DNA of 64,000 nucleotides from an uncultured Clostridia bacterium. Its GTDB lineage: Bacteria; Bacillota; Clostridia; Christensenellales; UBA1242. Each line of letters starts with the position of its first letter. Positions within the stretch are counted from its first letter, which is position 1. The stretch covers positions 39,864 through 103,863 of the forward strand of contig CANQWK010000002.1 in assembly GCA_947627545.1 (NCBI GenBank). The letters are read 5' to 3'. Below are positions 9,592 through 18,433 of this stretch, in pieces. Both the position numbers and the translations under genes were made by a program. Under the pieces are notes generated by a model, which saw only the letters and a list, made by a program, of their open reading frames with translations, was not told the DNA's origin and did not search any database.

Positions 9592-10365
9592 ATGAGAAAA
9601 TCTATTAATAGCAATATAGATAACAGCACCTGCAAAAGTTATGTTTACATAAAATTTTGCAAAAATTATAATTTTGGAACAACAAAATTCGGTATTGACA
9701 GCTTATCTTTATCAACCTACAAAATTGAAGTTGATAATCAGCAAAATTACAACATCGAAATTCCAGAAGATGCCGATACAATGGAAATTTGGAGCGAAGT
9801 TCGTGCGCTAAGTGAAGATAAACAATTAGTTTACAAATCTAGGCCTATTAATAAACGAATTTTCGACATTCCGCTTTCCGTTGGCAGTAAAGTTTCGCAA
9901 ATGAAATATATTGCAAAATGTCTTAAAGAGTATGACGAACTTGTCCCTCATGTGGCTGGCAATGCAGAAACTCCAACAAAACATAAATGCGTTGGTTATA
10001 GCACCATTGCTCACCCTGAATTTGATGGTCTTTATAGCCGCGTTCAGCAGTTAAAAGAAGGCGATAAAATTAAGGTTAGAGTAGATTCTGGCAAACCAGA
10101 AACCAAATTTCAAACCTTTACAGAATATCGTTCTTCAGTTGGCGGGCAGAAAGAACAAATTTATTTATATTCGCAACCTGTTGGTAAAAAAACCTATTAT
10201 ATAGGCGAACTTCGTGAATTCGATATAGAACGAGATATTCGTTTGGTAAAAACGGTTGACGGCGGTCATGTTATTATTTCGTCAGACGAAGCCAAGGTTA
10301 TTGACCCTAAAAATTTAGATAAATATGGGTATATTCAATCTAGCGACTCACTAGGTTTAGATTAG
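9592..10365 (+). CDS. Hypothetical protein (257 aa), no recognisable motif
   Basis: A long ORF in AT-rich DNA. It has a GGAGG SD 6 nt upstream and its own TTGACA/TGtTAACAT promoter. It occupies the position where rplJ-rplL usually follow rplA. Confidence 0.7.
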   Translation: MRKSINSNIDNSTCKSYVYIKFCKNYNFGTTKFGIDSLSLSTYKIEVDNQQNYNIEIPEDADTMEIWSEVRALSEDKQLVYKSRPINKRIFDIPLSVGSKVSQMKYIAKCLKEYDELVPHVAGNAETPTKHKCVGYSTIAHPEFDGLYSRVQQLKEGDKIKVRVDSGKPETKFQTFTEYRSSVGGQKEQIYLYSQPVGKKTYYIGELREFDIERDIRLVKTVDGGHVIISSDEAKVIDPKNLDKYGYIQSSDSLGLD

Positions 10366-10436
10366 CAAAATTTTAAATAATATCTAAAATTTATTTTATA
10401 TCATTTTATATTTTTAAATTATAGCAGGAGAAATTA

Positions 10437-10901
10437 ATGAGAAAGTTTGAATTGGTTAAACCGGAATTTATGCAATATGGCGTAGATGCTAAAACTCTAA
10501 AAAAGCCATATAGAGCAACAAAACATTCGGTTTGTTATGACTGCTTTTCGCCAATAGACGTTGTAATTCCGCCTGAAAGCACAAAACTTGTGTTTATAAA
10601 TTTTAAAGCATATTGCAACAGTGATGAGGGCTTTATTTTGGCGTCAACAAGCGGCTTAGGAAAACGCGGTTTAATTTTGGCAAACGGTATTGGAATTGTT
10701 GAAAGTGATTACGCCGACAATATCAATAATGACGGAAACATCGGCTTTTTGTTGCATAATTTAAATAAAACTCCGTTTGAAATTAAAGCAGGCGACAAAA
10801 TAGGACAAATTTTCTTTTTCAAATTTTTGGTTACCGATGATGATGCCGAAACAAGAAAAGATGTTGTTCGCACCGGTGGGTTCGGCTCTACAAACAAATA
10901 A
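10437..10901 (+). CDS. dut: dUTP diphosphatase (trimeric dUTPase family)
   Basis: 154 aa. Motif 3-like: GIGIVESDYADN. C-terminal motif 5: RTGGFGSTNK. Motif 2-like: STSGLGKRGL. AGGAG SD present. Confidence 0.8.
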   Translation: MRKFELVKPEFMQYGVDAKTLKKPYRATKHSVCYDCFSPIDVVIPPESTKLVFINFKAYCNSDEGFILASTSGLGKRGLILANGIGIVESDYADNINNDGNIGFLLHNLNKTPFEIKAGDKIGQIFFFKFLVTDDDAETRKDVVRTGGFGSTNK

Positions 10902-10910
10902 AGGATTTTT

Positions 10911-13595
10911 ATGTTAAGCGTTAGAAATTTAACAAAAGTTTATAAATTAGGCAAAAAGGGAGACTCTAAAAATGTTGTTGCGTTAAACAATGTTAGCATA
11001 GACTTTCCAGATAAAGGCCTTGTGTTTTTGCTTGGTAAAAGTGGTAGTGGTAAAAGCACGCTTTTAAATGCAATTGGTGGGCTAGACACTTTTGATAGTG
11101 GCGAAATTATAATTAAAGGTAAATCTAGCAAAGATTTTAAGCAAAGCGATTTTGATAGTTACCGCAACACTTTTATTGGTTTTATTTTTCAAGAATATAA
11201 CATTCTTGAAGAGTTTTCTGTGGGCAAAAATCTTGCTTTGGCACTTGAATTGCAGGGCAAAAAAGCAGATAAAGAAGCCGTAGATAAACTGCTAAAATTG
11301 GTAGATTTGGAAGGCTTTTATAGGCGTAAACCTAACCAACTTTCTGGCGGACAAAAACAGCGAGTGGCAATTGCAAGGGCGTTAATTAAAAACCCAGAAA
11401 TTATTATGGCGGACGAGCCAACAGGCGCCCTAGATAGCAACACAGGCAAACAAGTTATGGACACACTTAAAAAACTTTCTAAAAGCAAACTTGTTATTAT
11501 TGTTTCGCACGATAGAGAATTTGCTCATCTTTATGGCGACCGTGTGGTTGAACTTAAAGATGGCGTTATTATTAACGATGACACAAAAAAAGAAATTGAA
11601 GCCGTTAAATCTGAGTCTGGCATAAGTTTTATAGACGATAAAATTGTACATATTAAAAAAGGGCAAAAAGTTGCAAAGGCAGACTATGAAAAAATTATTA
11701 AACTTATTGCGGAAAATTCTAAAAATGGCGAAACCATAATTTCTTTTGACAACAAAACTAACAGCGAAGTTAAAAAGACAGCGTTTATTACAGACGAAGG
11801 CAATCAGCAAGTGTTTATGAACACAAAAAAATCGGACATTATTCAAAAGCCGCATGACCCTGACGATTTAGAACTTATCCGTTCTCGTTTAAAAGTTAAA
11901 GACGCTTTTAAAATGGGCGCTAGTTCACTAAAACATAAGCCTATTAGGTTAATTTTTACCATACTTTTGGCGTGCATTGCTTTCACATTGTTTGGCGTGG
12001 TGGACACAATGTCTAGTTTTAACCGCGCTAGTTCGGTTTATGAATCGGTTAAAAACCTTAACCTAAACAGCATTGCCGTGGCATCTTATGTAGGCACCGG
12101 CTACGACTCGGAAATTAACATTATTAAAGAAGAGGATTTGCAAAAATTAAAGGAAAAATATTCGTCTTATGAAATTCAGCCGGTAATTTTTAAAGATAGA
12201 GATTTTTATTTTGACGGCAACAGAGCTAATAGCAGCAGTAGCAAGTTAGATGAATTTTTTGTTTCTGGCATAATGCCTATTGATGAGCAAATTGCAACAA
12301 ATTTACATCTTTTAAATAATGGAAATTTAATTCAGGGCAGATATCCAACTGCAATAACTACTAGCGATAATTTCCGTGAAAAAATTATGGAAATAGGCGT
12401 TTCTAAACATGTTTACGAACTTATTAAAGAAAATTCCAATTTAACCTTTGAAGAAATTTCGCAAAAATATTTTCGTATTTATGATAGAACCGGAGATTTA
12501 TATTTTAAAATTGTTGGCGTGTTTGATAACGATGTTGACATGAAAAAATATAATAATCAGCATGGCAGCAACCAAAATTTTATTAACAGTTACTTAATGG
12601 AAAATGAACTTAGAACAGCCACCGTTTATAGCCATTTTAACATGACTTATGTTCATCCAAGTATATTTAATAGTTTAAGCAGTTCTTATAATAGCGATGA
12701 TAATGATTTATTTTATACCTATGATGACAATTATGGCAATTATATAAATAATGTTTATACTTATAGCAGATATGTAAAAGAATATTCATCTAGAGATATT
12801 ACTGTAAAATCTGGCACATACGCGGCGCATTTAGAAGATAATCAAATTATACTTTCAAAGGATTTATGTTCAAGTTATTTAAACATTACAATGGAAGATA
12901 TTGAAAAAGGCTACACTTTCAAATGCGGAAGAAATTATTCACTAGCAGACGAATATGAATTTGAAGTTATTGGAATGTTTGACGGCGGAAGTTCAGACGT
13001 TATGATTAGCGATGGCAAGTATAAAGAAATATTTGCAGGTTACGACTTTTTTGTAACTCGCCTAAAAGGCAACAGCGGAGATAGAAAATTTATATCTGGT
13101 TTAGAAAATTATTCAAAAAACAAAATATCTTACCACTTGCAGTTTGGCTCAACCAGCACGCTAGATAGTTTTGATAGCACTTTGGCAAGCATGAAACAAC
13201 CACTTTTCTGGGTAGGCTTTGGCTTTGCCGTGTTTGCAGGGCTAATGCTTATGAACTTTATTGCTACCAGCATAAGCTATAAAAAACGAGAAATTGGCAT
13301 ATTGCGTGCAATTGGAGCAAGGGGCAAAGATGTATTTTCAATTTTCTTTTGGGAAAGTTTTGTAATTTGCATAATTAATTTTGTGCTATCTTGCATTGCA
13401 ACAAGCGTGTGCTGTTTCTTTATAAACCGAGCCATATTAAATGAACTTGGCTTTACAATAACCTTACTAACCTTTGGCATAAGGCAAATTGTGTTGTTGT
13501 TTGGCGTAAGCTTTTTGGTGGCATTTGTTTCAAGCTTTTTGCCGGTTAACCGAATTGCACATAAAAATCCAATTGACAGCATTAACAATAGATAA
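10911..13595 (+). CDS. Fused ABC transporter ATP-binding / FtsX-family permease protein (MacB-like architecture)
   Basis: 894 aa. The N-terminal NBD has Walker [10 protein letters not shown], signature [15 protein letters not shown] and Walker [15 protein letters not shown]1 is at about aa 345-365 and is followed by a ~400-aa extracytoplasmic region. A C-terminal FtsX-type three-TM bundle contains [16 protein letters not shown]. Confidence 0.88.
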   Translation: MLSVRNLTKVYKLGKKGDSKNVVALNNVSIDFPDKGLVFLLGKSGSGKSTLLNAIGGLDTFDSGEIIIKGKSSKDFKQSDFDSYRNTFIGFIFQEYNILEEFSVGKNLALALELQGKKADKEAVDKLLKLVDLEGFYRRKPNQLSGGQKQRVAIARALIKNPEIIMADEPTGALDSNTGKQVMDTLKKLSKSKLVIIVSHDREFAHLYGDRVVELKDGVIINDDTKKEIEAVKSESGISFIDDKIVHIKKGQKVAKADYEKIIKLIAENSKNGETIISFDNKTNSEVKKTAFITDEGNQQVFMNTKKSDIIQKPHDPDDLELIRSRLKVKDAFKMGASSLKHKPIRLIFTILLACIAFTLFGVVDTMSSFNRASSVYESVKNLNLNSIAVASYVGTGYDSEINIIKEEDLQKLKEKYSSYEIQPVIFKDRDFYFDGNRANSSSSKLDEFFVSGIMPIDEQIATNLHLLNNGNLIQGRYPTAITTSDNFREKIMEIGVSKHVYELIKENSNLTFEEISQKYFRIYDRTGDLYFKIVGVFDNDVDMKKYNNQHGSNQNFINSYLMENELRTATVYSHFNMTYVHPSIFNSLSSSYNSDDNDLFYTYDDNYGNYINNVYTYSRYVKEYSSRDITVKSGTYAAHLEDNQIILSKDLCSSYLNITMEDIEKGYTFKCGRNYSLADEYEFEVIGMFDGGSSDVMISDGKYKEIFAGYDFFVTRLKGNSGDRKFISGLENYSKNKISYHLQFGSTSTLDSFDSTLASMKQPLFWVGFGFAVFAGLMLMNFIATSISYKKREIGILRAIGARGKDVFSIFFWESFVICIINFVLSCIATSVCCFFINRAILNELGFTITLLTFGIRQIVLLFGVSFLVAFVSSFLPVNRIAHKNPIDSINNR

Positions 13596-13599
13596 AAAA

Positions 13600-13620
13600 A
13601 GAGCAATTTGCTCTTTTTTG
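13600..13620 (+). terminator. Intrinsic terminator after the ABC-FtsX gene
   Basis: agagca-att-tgctct hairpin (13600-13614) followed by TTTTT. An A run upstream makes it potentially bidirectional. Confidence 0.75.
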
Positions 13621-13719
13621 TTTTTTTAAATTATTATGTGTGATTAAAAAGACAATATTAATAGCATAAAAACAGCGTGTTTAAGCCTATTTTTTCAATG
13701 CATAATAACCTATAAAAAT

Positions 13720-14628
13720 TTAATTAATGCGTTTGTCGGCGGAAGTTAGGTTTATGTTTATTGACAAATTTTTGTTGCCTAAGCGGCTAAATATACGTTC
13801 ATCATAACGGGACAAAATGTTGTCAAACGAAAGGTTTGTGGTTATAAATGTTGGCAAATTGTTTATTTGGCGAGTGTTTATTAAATTATATAAATATTCA
13901 ACCGTTATATTTTTTAAAATTGGCTCGGTGCCAAGGTCATCTATAAGCACAATATCTGCCGTTAACAAATCGGCAAAATCGTAATTCTTGCCGCAGTGAT
14001 AAAGTCGTGCAAGTTCGTTAAACTCAAACGCCGTTTTGTAAATTACAACATAATTGCGGTTTATCATTTCGTTTGCTATGCACTCTAACATAAAAGTTTT
14101 GCCTGAACCAACTCCGCCAATTATGTTAATGTTGCGTTTTGTTACAAGTGGATATTTACTGCACCAGGTTTTAACAACTTCGTAGGCCTTTTTGTCATTA
14201 TCGGTTAAAATTTGATTATTGCTGTTTTCAAACGCGTTAAATTTGGTTTGGCTGCTTGCGTTTAGGCTAATTTTTTTATTAAGTTCGTTTAAAAAACATT
14301 TGCAAATTCGCCCACCAACCACGCCGGTATCGTTGCAAATAGGGCAGTTATATTGTGGGCTAAGTTTAGATTTATCTATGTTGTGTTGTGCTAAATATGT
14401 GGCAATTTTTGCTTGCAAATCTTGTGCTTTATGTAGAAGTTCAAAATCTTCCTTTTCGTAGCACGATTTTAAATATTCAATGTTGGTTTTGGTGTAAGCA
14501 TCGTAAATTTCTTTAAATTCTTTGTCCTGTTTTAAAGTGTTAATAAAATTATCGCATTCCTCTTGTGCGTTTAAACGTTTTAGCATAAAATTCTGTTTAA
14601 TGTCGGCTATAAGTTTGCGTTTGTTCAT
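13720..14628 (-). CDS. dnaI: Helicase loader DnaI (DnaC/IstB-like AAA+)
   Basis: 302 aa. N-terminal Cys4 motif: CPICNDTGVVGGRICKC. Walker A: GGVGSGKT. Walker B: VLIDDLGTE. A GGAGGTG SD is present. The start is 1 nt after the upstream dnaB-like stop. Confidence 0.88.
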   Translation of the reverse strand: MNKRKLIADIKQNFMLKRLNAQEECDNFINTLKQDKEFKEIYDAYTKTNIEYLKSCYEKEDFELLHKAQDLQAKIATYLAQHNIDKSKLSPQYNCPICNDTGVVGGRICKCFLNELNKKISLNASSQTKFNAFENSNNQILTDNDKKAYEVVKTWCSKYPLVTKRNINIIGGVGSGKTFMLECIANEMINRNYVVIYKTAFEFNELARLYHCGKNYDFADLLTADIVLIDDLGTEPILKNITVEYLYNLINTRQINNLPTFITTNLSFDNILSRYDERIFSRLGNKNLSININLTSADKRIN

Positions 14629-14629
14629 C

Positions 14630-16063
14630 TTACACCTCCACTTCGTCTAAATTGGTTATTAGGCTTTGAATTTGTTGTTTTGTGTAATTGTTATGTGTAA
14701 AATTCTGCCCAGAATAATCCGCTGGTTGCATGGTTAAAATTTCTTCCTGCTTTAAGTTGCGGCTGTGCCAATCTGCCAAAACCTTGTTTAAATATTGCAT
14801 TGGATTGGCCTTGCCTTTGCTAAAACTTGCTGCGTGCAAAATAACCTGCTGCGTGTAACCCCAACTAGACGACCAAGTGTTGTAAAATAATCGGTCTTGC
14901 GCAATAATGTTTCGAGTTAAATCTAGTGCCGATAAAACCTCTTTAATTTGATTATCTAACGCCAAGTTGTTATTTAAATATTCATTATATGCGGCGACTG
15001 TGGTTATGCCAAGTTTGTATAATTTTTTTATTATTCCGTCAAAGCCGTTAAGCGTGCGAATAGAAGAAAGATAGCAATTGTCCGCAATTGTGCTAAGGGC
15101 ATCATAATCAAAGCCCATGTTTAGCCATGGCAAAATGTAAGTGTCTATTTCCTTAGATAAATCGTCATACTTCAAACCTAATTGGCGATTTACCATTTTT
15201 GCAATTTCTTGCATAGATGCAAGTTCATTTTCGTAATTTTCAATTTCGGCAACCGATAACAATTTAAGTTGATAATATTTTGTTAAATATTCATCTAGCA
15301 CGGCAAAATTCAACTGCCTTTTTTTAAGTTTTAAACTTTTGCAAACATATATTATTACATTTAGTTCAAAATTAAAATCGTCTGTCCACTTTTTTAAATA
15401 TTCAACGTCTTCTAACTGCACCTTACGTTTGCTGCCAATTGCCGCTAAAATTAGGCTTACATTTTCATTTGCACTGCCTAAGTCGGCTATTTTGTTTGTT
15501 ACTTCTTGCAAAGTGTGAATGCCCTCGCTTAGCCAATTTTTTGCAACCACTATGCAATAATTAGGGCTTAATGCAAAACCTTTGCTGTCTATGCAATATT
15601 TTATTATGGCAAGCAAAGCATCTTCTTCCATGTGCTTGTTTTCAATTAAATTATAAAATTCGGCAAACTCGTTTGGCATAACCATTTTGTGTGCAAACAA
15701 CTCTTGCACTGTTATGTTAAAGCTTGCATATTTATCTACCTTATATTTTTTAATGTTTTTTGCGTTAGAAACCACAGGAAGATACCTAACTTCGATAGGC
15801 GTTATGTTTAAAATTTGAACTAAACCTAACCCTTCCCAATATCTAAACACCGAAACAACATCGTCTTCAGTTATGTTTAAAGTTTTTGCAAAATATGTAA
15901 GTGAATTGTTTGGCTCATCTGCCAATCCGCACATACAAAGCCCTAACAAATAAACTTTAACGCACACATCTGGTGCGCTAGGCAAATATTCATTGATAAA
16001 CACGTTATCAACCAAAGTTTTGTTGCTGCCCGTTTGGCTAGGACTAAATTTGCAAAAAGACAT
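14630..16063 (-). CDS. dnaB: Replication initiation/membrane attachment protein, B. subtilis DnaB/DnaD family (not the helicase)
   Basis: There are two Y...(I/V)...W DDBH2-type motifs (YCIVVAKNW, YLNKVLADW) and an N-terminal DnaD-like YWEGLGLV. It lies directly upstream of dnaI, as in Bacillus. I prefer ATG 16063 because a promoter sits immediately upstream, making it leaderless. The track's TTG 16123 start has no SD. Confidence 0.8.
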   Translation of the reverse strand: MSFCKFSPSQTGSNKTLVDNVFINEYLPSAPDVCVKVYLLGLCMCGLADEPNNSLTYFAKTLNITEDDVVSVFRYWEGLGLVQILNITPIEVRYLPVVSNAKNIKKYKVDKYASFNITVQELFAHKMVMPNEFAEFYNLIENKHMEEDALLAIIKYCIDSKGFALSPNYCIVVAKNWLSEGIHTLQEVTNKIADLGSANENVSLILAAIGSKRKVQLEDVEYLKKWTDDFNFELNVIIYVCKSLKLKKRQLNFAVLDEYLTKYYQLKLLSVAEIENYENELASMQEIAKMVNRQLGLKYDDLSKEIDTYILPWLNMGFDYDALSTIADNCYLSSIRTLNGFDGIIKKLYKLGITTVAAYNEYLNNNLALDNQIKEVLSALDLTRNIIAQDRLFYNTWSSSWGYTQQVILHAASFSKGKANPMQYLNKVLADWHSRNLKQEEILTMQPADYSGQNFTHNNYTKQQIQSLITNLDEVEV

Positions 16064-16069
16064 ATCTAC

Positions 16070-16098
16070 ATAATAGCACAAAAAATTTTTTTTGTAAA
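16070..16098 (-). promoter_or_regulatory. Promoter of dnaB-dnaI; geometry implies a leaderless transcript
   Basis: On the minus strand: TTTACA (rc of 16093-16098), a 17-nt spacer, TGcTATTAT (-10 = rc of 16070-16075), then 6 nt (gtagat) and ATG at 16063. There is no SD. Confidence 0.55.
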
Positions 16099-16239
16099 CA
16101 ATATTTGCCCCATTGCAAAACAAGTTCTTGTGGAAAACCTGAGATACGTTCCGCTCGCTAATGCTTGGTCGGTATTACAGGGAAGGTTGACATTTTATGC
16201 TTAAAATAATGAAATATAAAATTAGGTGGCGGTTATATT

Positions 16240-17781
16240 TTGGTTTGGACACGCATAAAATTGGTTATGAAAAAATGCGGTTTTAAAAATATTTTTGTAA
16301 AATTTTGTGCTTGTTTTGTGTTGTTTTGTTTATGCATTAGCTTAACTTTTTGTTTGTCAGGCTGCAAAAAAAAGGACAACCTAGAAAAATTAAGCAGCAA
16401 TTTAACTAAATATGATATAGTTTTAGATTTAGACACAACAACATATAATGCAAATGCTAGTGAAAGAGTTTTTTATATAAATAACAGTGAAGCCGTGTTA
16501 AAAACGGTTAAATTTCATTTATATCCGCAATTTTTTAAAGAGGCAGGGCAGGGCAAAGTTGTGCCGTCTAATCATTTAAATGAGGCATATCCTAATGGAA
16601 TAAGTTATGCTGAATTTGAGGTAAGCAGAGTGTGTGTTGCTGGGGTGGATTGTCCGGTTGTTTATTCTGGCGAATGCGATGGAATTTTGCAAATTGACCT
16701 TAATTCTAGTTTAATGCCAACCGAAATGGTGGAAATTTACATAGAATTCAATTTTAGTTTGCCAAATTGCAAGCATAGGTTTGGCTATGGCGAAAACACA
16801 ATAAATTTAGGCAATTTTTACCCTATTGCTTGCGTTTATGAAAATGGTCAGTTCAACGAGGCAGGTTACAACCCCAATGGCGACCCTTTTTATAGCGACA
16901 TGGCAAACTACAATGTAAAAATAACCACAGACGAAAATTATCTTGTTGCGGCATCGGGCAGAAAAACCAGCGAAAATGTTTTAAACGGCAAAAAAACCAC
17001 CAATTTTATTGGCGTTATGGTGCGAGATTTCGCCCTTGTGGTTAGTAATAAATTTAATGTTGTTTCGTCAACCTACAATTTTGTAAATATCGACTATTAT
17101 TATTTCAGCGATGAAAACGAAGAATCTTCGTTAAAAGCGGCGGCAGATGCCATAAAAACCTTTTCTAACATTATTGGAGAATATCCGTACGAGTGTTACA
17201 CGGTTGTTCAGGCAGATTTTGTTTATGGCGGAATGGAATATCCAAATTTATCGTTAATAAGCGGCGATGTAACTAATGCTGACGATTATAAAAATGTTAT
17301 AGTTCACGAAACGGCGCATCAGTGGTGGTATGGTTTGGTAGGAAACAACGAGTTTGAGCATCCGTGGTTAGACGAGGCGGCGGCAGATTTCTGCACAATG
17401 TTGTTCTATGACAATGTGGAGGGTTACAATCTTTCGCACGCTAGCATGATTGACGCTAGCAGGCAAAATTACAATACATTTGTATCGGTTTATACCGATG
17501 TTTTAGGCAACCTAGACACAAGCATGCGAGCAATAGATGAATATTCAACCGAGCCGGAATACACTTACTGCACATACGTTAAAGGTGTGTTAATGTATGA
17601 AAGCCTTTATCAACTTTTAGGACAAAAAAAGTTTGTAAATTGCTTACAAACATACTTTAATGATTATAAATATAAAAATGCCACGCCAGATGACCTAATT
17701 TTAAGTTTTGAAACTGCCAGCAAAACCGAACTTAAAAACTTTTTTTCTAGTTGGGTAGAAGGAAAGGTGGTTATTCGTTAA
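16240..17781 (+). CDS. M1-family (gluzincin) metallopeptidase, lipoprotein
   Basis: The HEXXH-X18-E motif is HETAHQWWYGLVGNNEFEHPWLDE. The signal peptide ends in the lipobox LSGC. TTG 16240 has an AGGTGG SD 10 nt upstream. The alternative ATG 16267 has no SD. Confidence 0.85.
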   Translation: MVWTRIKLVMKKCGFKNIFVKFCACFVLFCLCISLTFCLSGCKKKDNLEKLSSNLTKYDIVLDLDTTTYNANASERVFYINNSEAVLKTVKFHLYPQFFKEAGQGKVVPSNHLNEAYPNGISYAEFEVSRVCVAGVDCPVVYSGECDGILQIDLNSSLMPTEMVEIYIEFNFSLPNCKHRFGYGENTINLGNFYPIACVYENGQFNEAGYNPNGDPFYSDMANYNVKITTDENYLVAASGRKTSENVLNGKKTTNFIGVMVRDFALVVSNKFNVVSSTYNFVNIDYYYFSDENEESSLKAAADAIKTFSNIIGEYPYECYTVVQADFVYGGMEYPNLSLISGDVTNADDYKNVIVHETAHQWWYGLVGNNEFEHPWLDEAAADFCTMLFYDNVEGYNLSHASMIDASRQNYNTFVSVYTDVLGNLDTSMRAIDEYSTEPEYTYCTYVKGVLMYESLYQLLGQKKFVNCLQTYFNDYKYKNATPDDLILSFETASKTELKNFFSSWVEGKVVIR

Positions 17782-17802
17782 ACAGCCCACAACAGCCATA
17801 TT

Positions 17803-18219
17803 TTATGCATTGTAAATTATATGCTTGTGAAATGTTATGGTTTTTGAATTCATTATGCAATTATACACTTTTTTTGTTGGCAAATTTAGTAAAAGCGATT
17901 CGCGTAAATGACAAAGCATTCTTTTAAAATTGTCTATATTGCAACTGTTTACAATACGCGCTAAAAAATAAATTTCTCCATACTGCGCATCTTTGCAATA
18001 TTCCATAACATATATTAATTCATTTTCAAATTCATCAATTGGTAATTCAAATTTAACAAATCCTGAATAAAAAACCTTTAAAAGTTGGTTTAAGGCGAGC
18101 AAATATTCATTTCTAACAATGTGCTTTCTGCCCATTAAAATGTCTTCTTTCGGCTCGCCATACATTTCTATTAAATATTGCTTAATTTGAGTGTAATTTT
18201 GTTCAATTAAACTATCCAT
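17803..18219 (-). CDS. Hypothetical protein (138 aa from ATG 18219)
   Basis: AGGAG SD upstream of ATG 18219 (MDSLIEQNYTQ...). No motif recognised. Convergent with the M1 peptidase gene and divergent from the ABC exporter genes. Confidence 0.65.
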   Translation of the reverse strand: MDSLIEQNYTQIKQYLIEMYGEPKEDILMGRKHIVRNEYLLALNQLLKVFYSGFVKFELPIDEFENELIYVMEYCKDAQYGEIYFLARIVNSCNIDNFKRMLCHLRESLLLNLPTKKVYNCIMNSKTITFHKHIIYNA

Positions 18220-18397
18220 ATTTCTCCTATCTTGCAAACAAGCAAGCGGAGTAAATTTTAACAAAATTTTTTTTGTTTGTCAACTAAAAATAAAATTTTT
18301 TTTAGTTAAAATTGTTTTGTTTTAACGGCACAATTTAAGTAAAATTTTAATTATGTTTTAAACTTAACGTTAAAACAACAAAATTTGGAAAAAATAT

Positions 18398-18426
18398 TTG
18401 TAAAATAAAAATCAATTTGTTAAAAT
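18398..18426 (+). promoter_or_regulatory. Promoter of the first ABC exporter gene; leaderless geometry
   Basis: TTGTAA (18398-18403), a 17-nt spacer, TGtTAAAAT (-10 at 18421-18426), then 7 nt (tataaaa) and ATG 18434. There is no SD. Confidence 0.55.
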
Positions 18427-18433
18427 TATAAAA

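Noticed and set aside
16129-16137. TGTGGAAAA is a one-mismatch DnaA box (consensus TGTGGATAA) upstream of the replication genes.
   Set aside because: It is a single 8-of-9 match with no cluster of boxes and no adjacent AT-rich unwinding element pattern. Such a match is expected by chance.
18282-18307. The inverted repeat aactaaaaa / tttttagtt lies in the divergent region upstream of the ABC genes.
   Set aside because: It is made almost only of A/T pairs in low-complexity DNA. It is too weak to call as a hairpin or operator.
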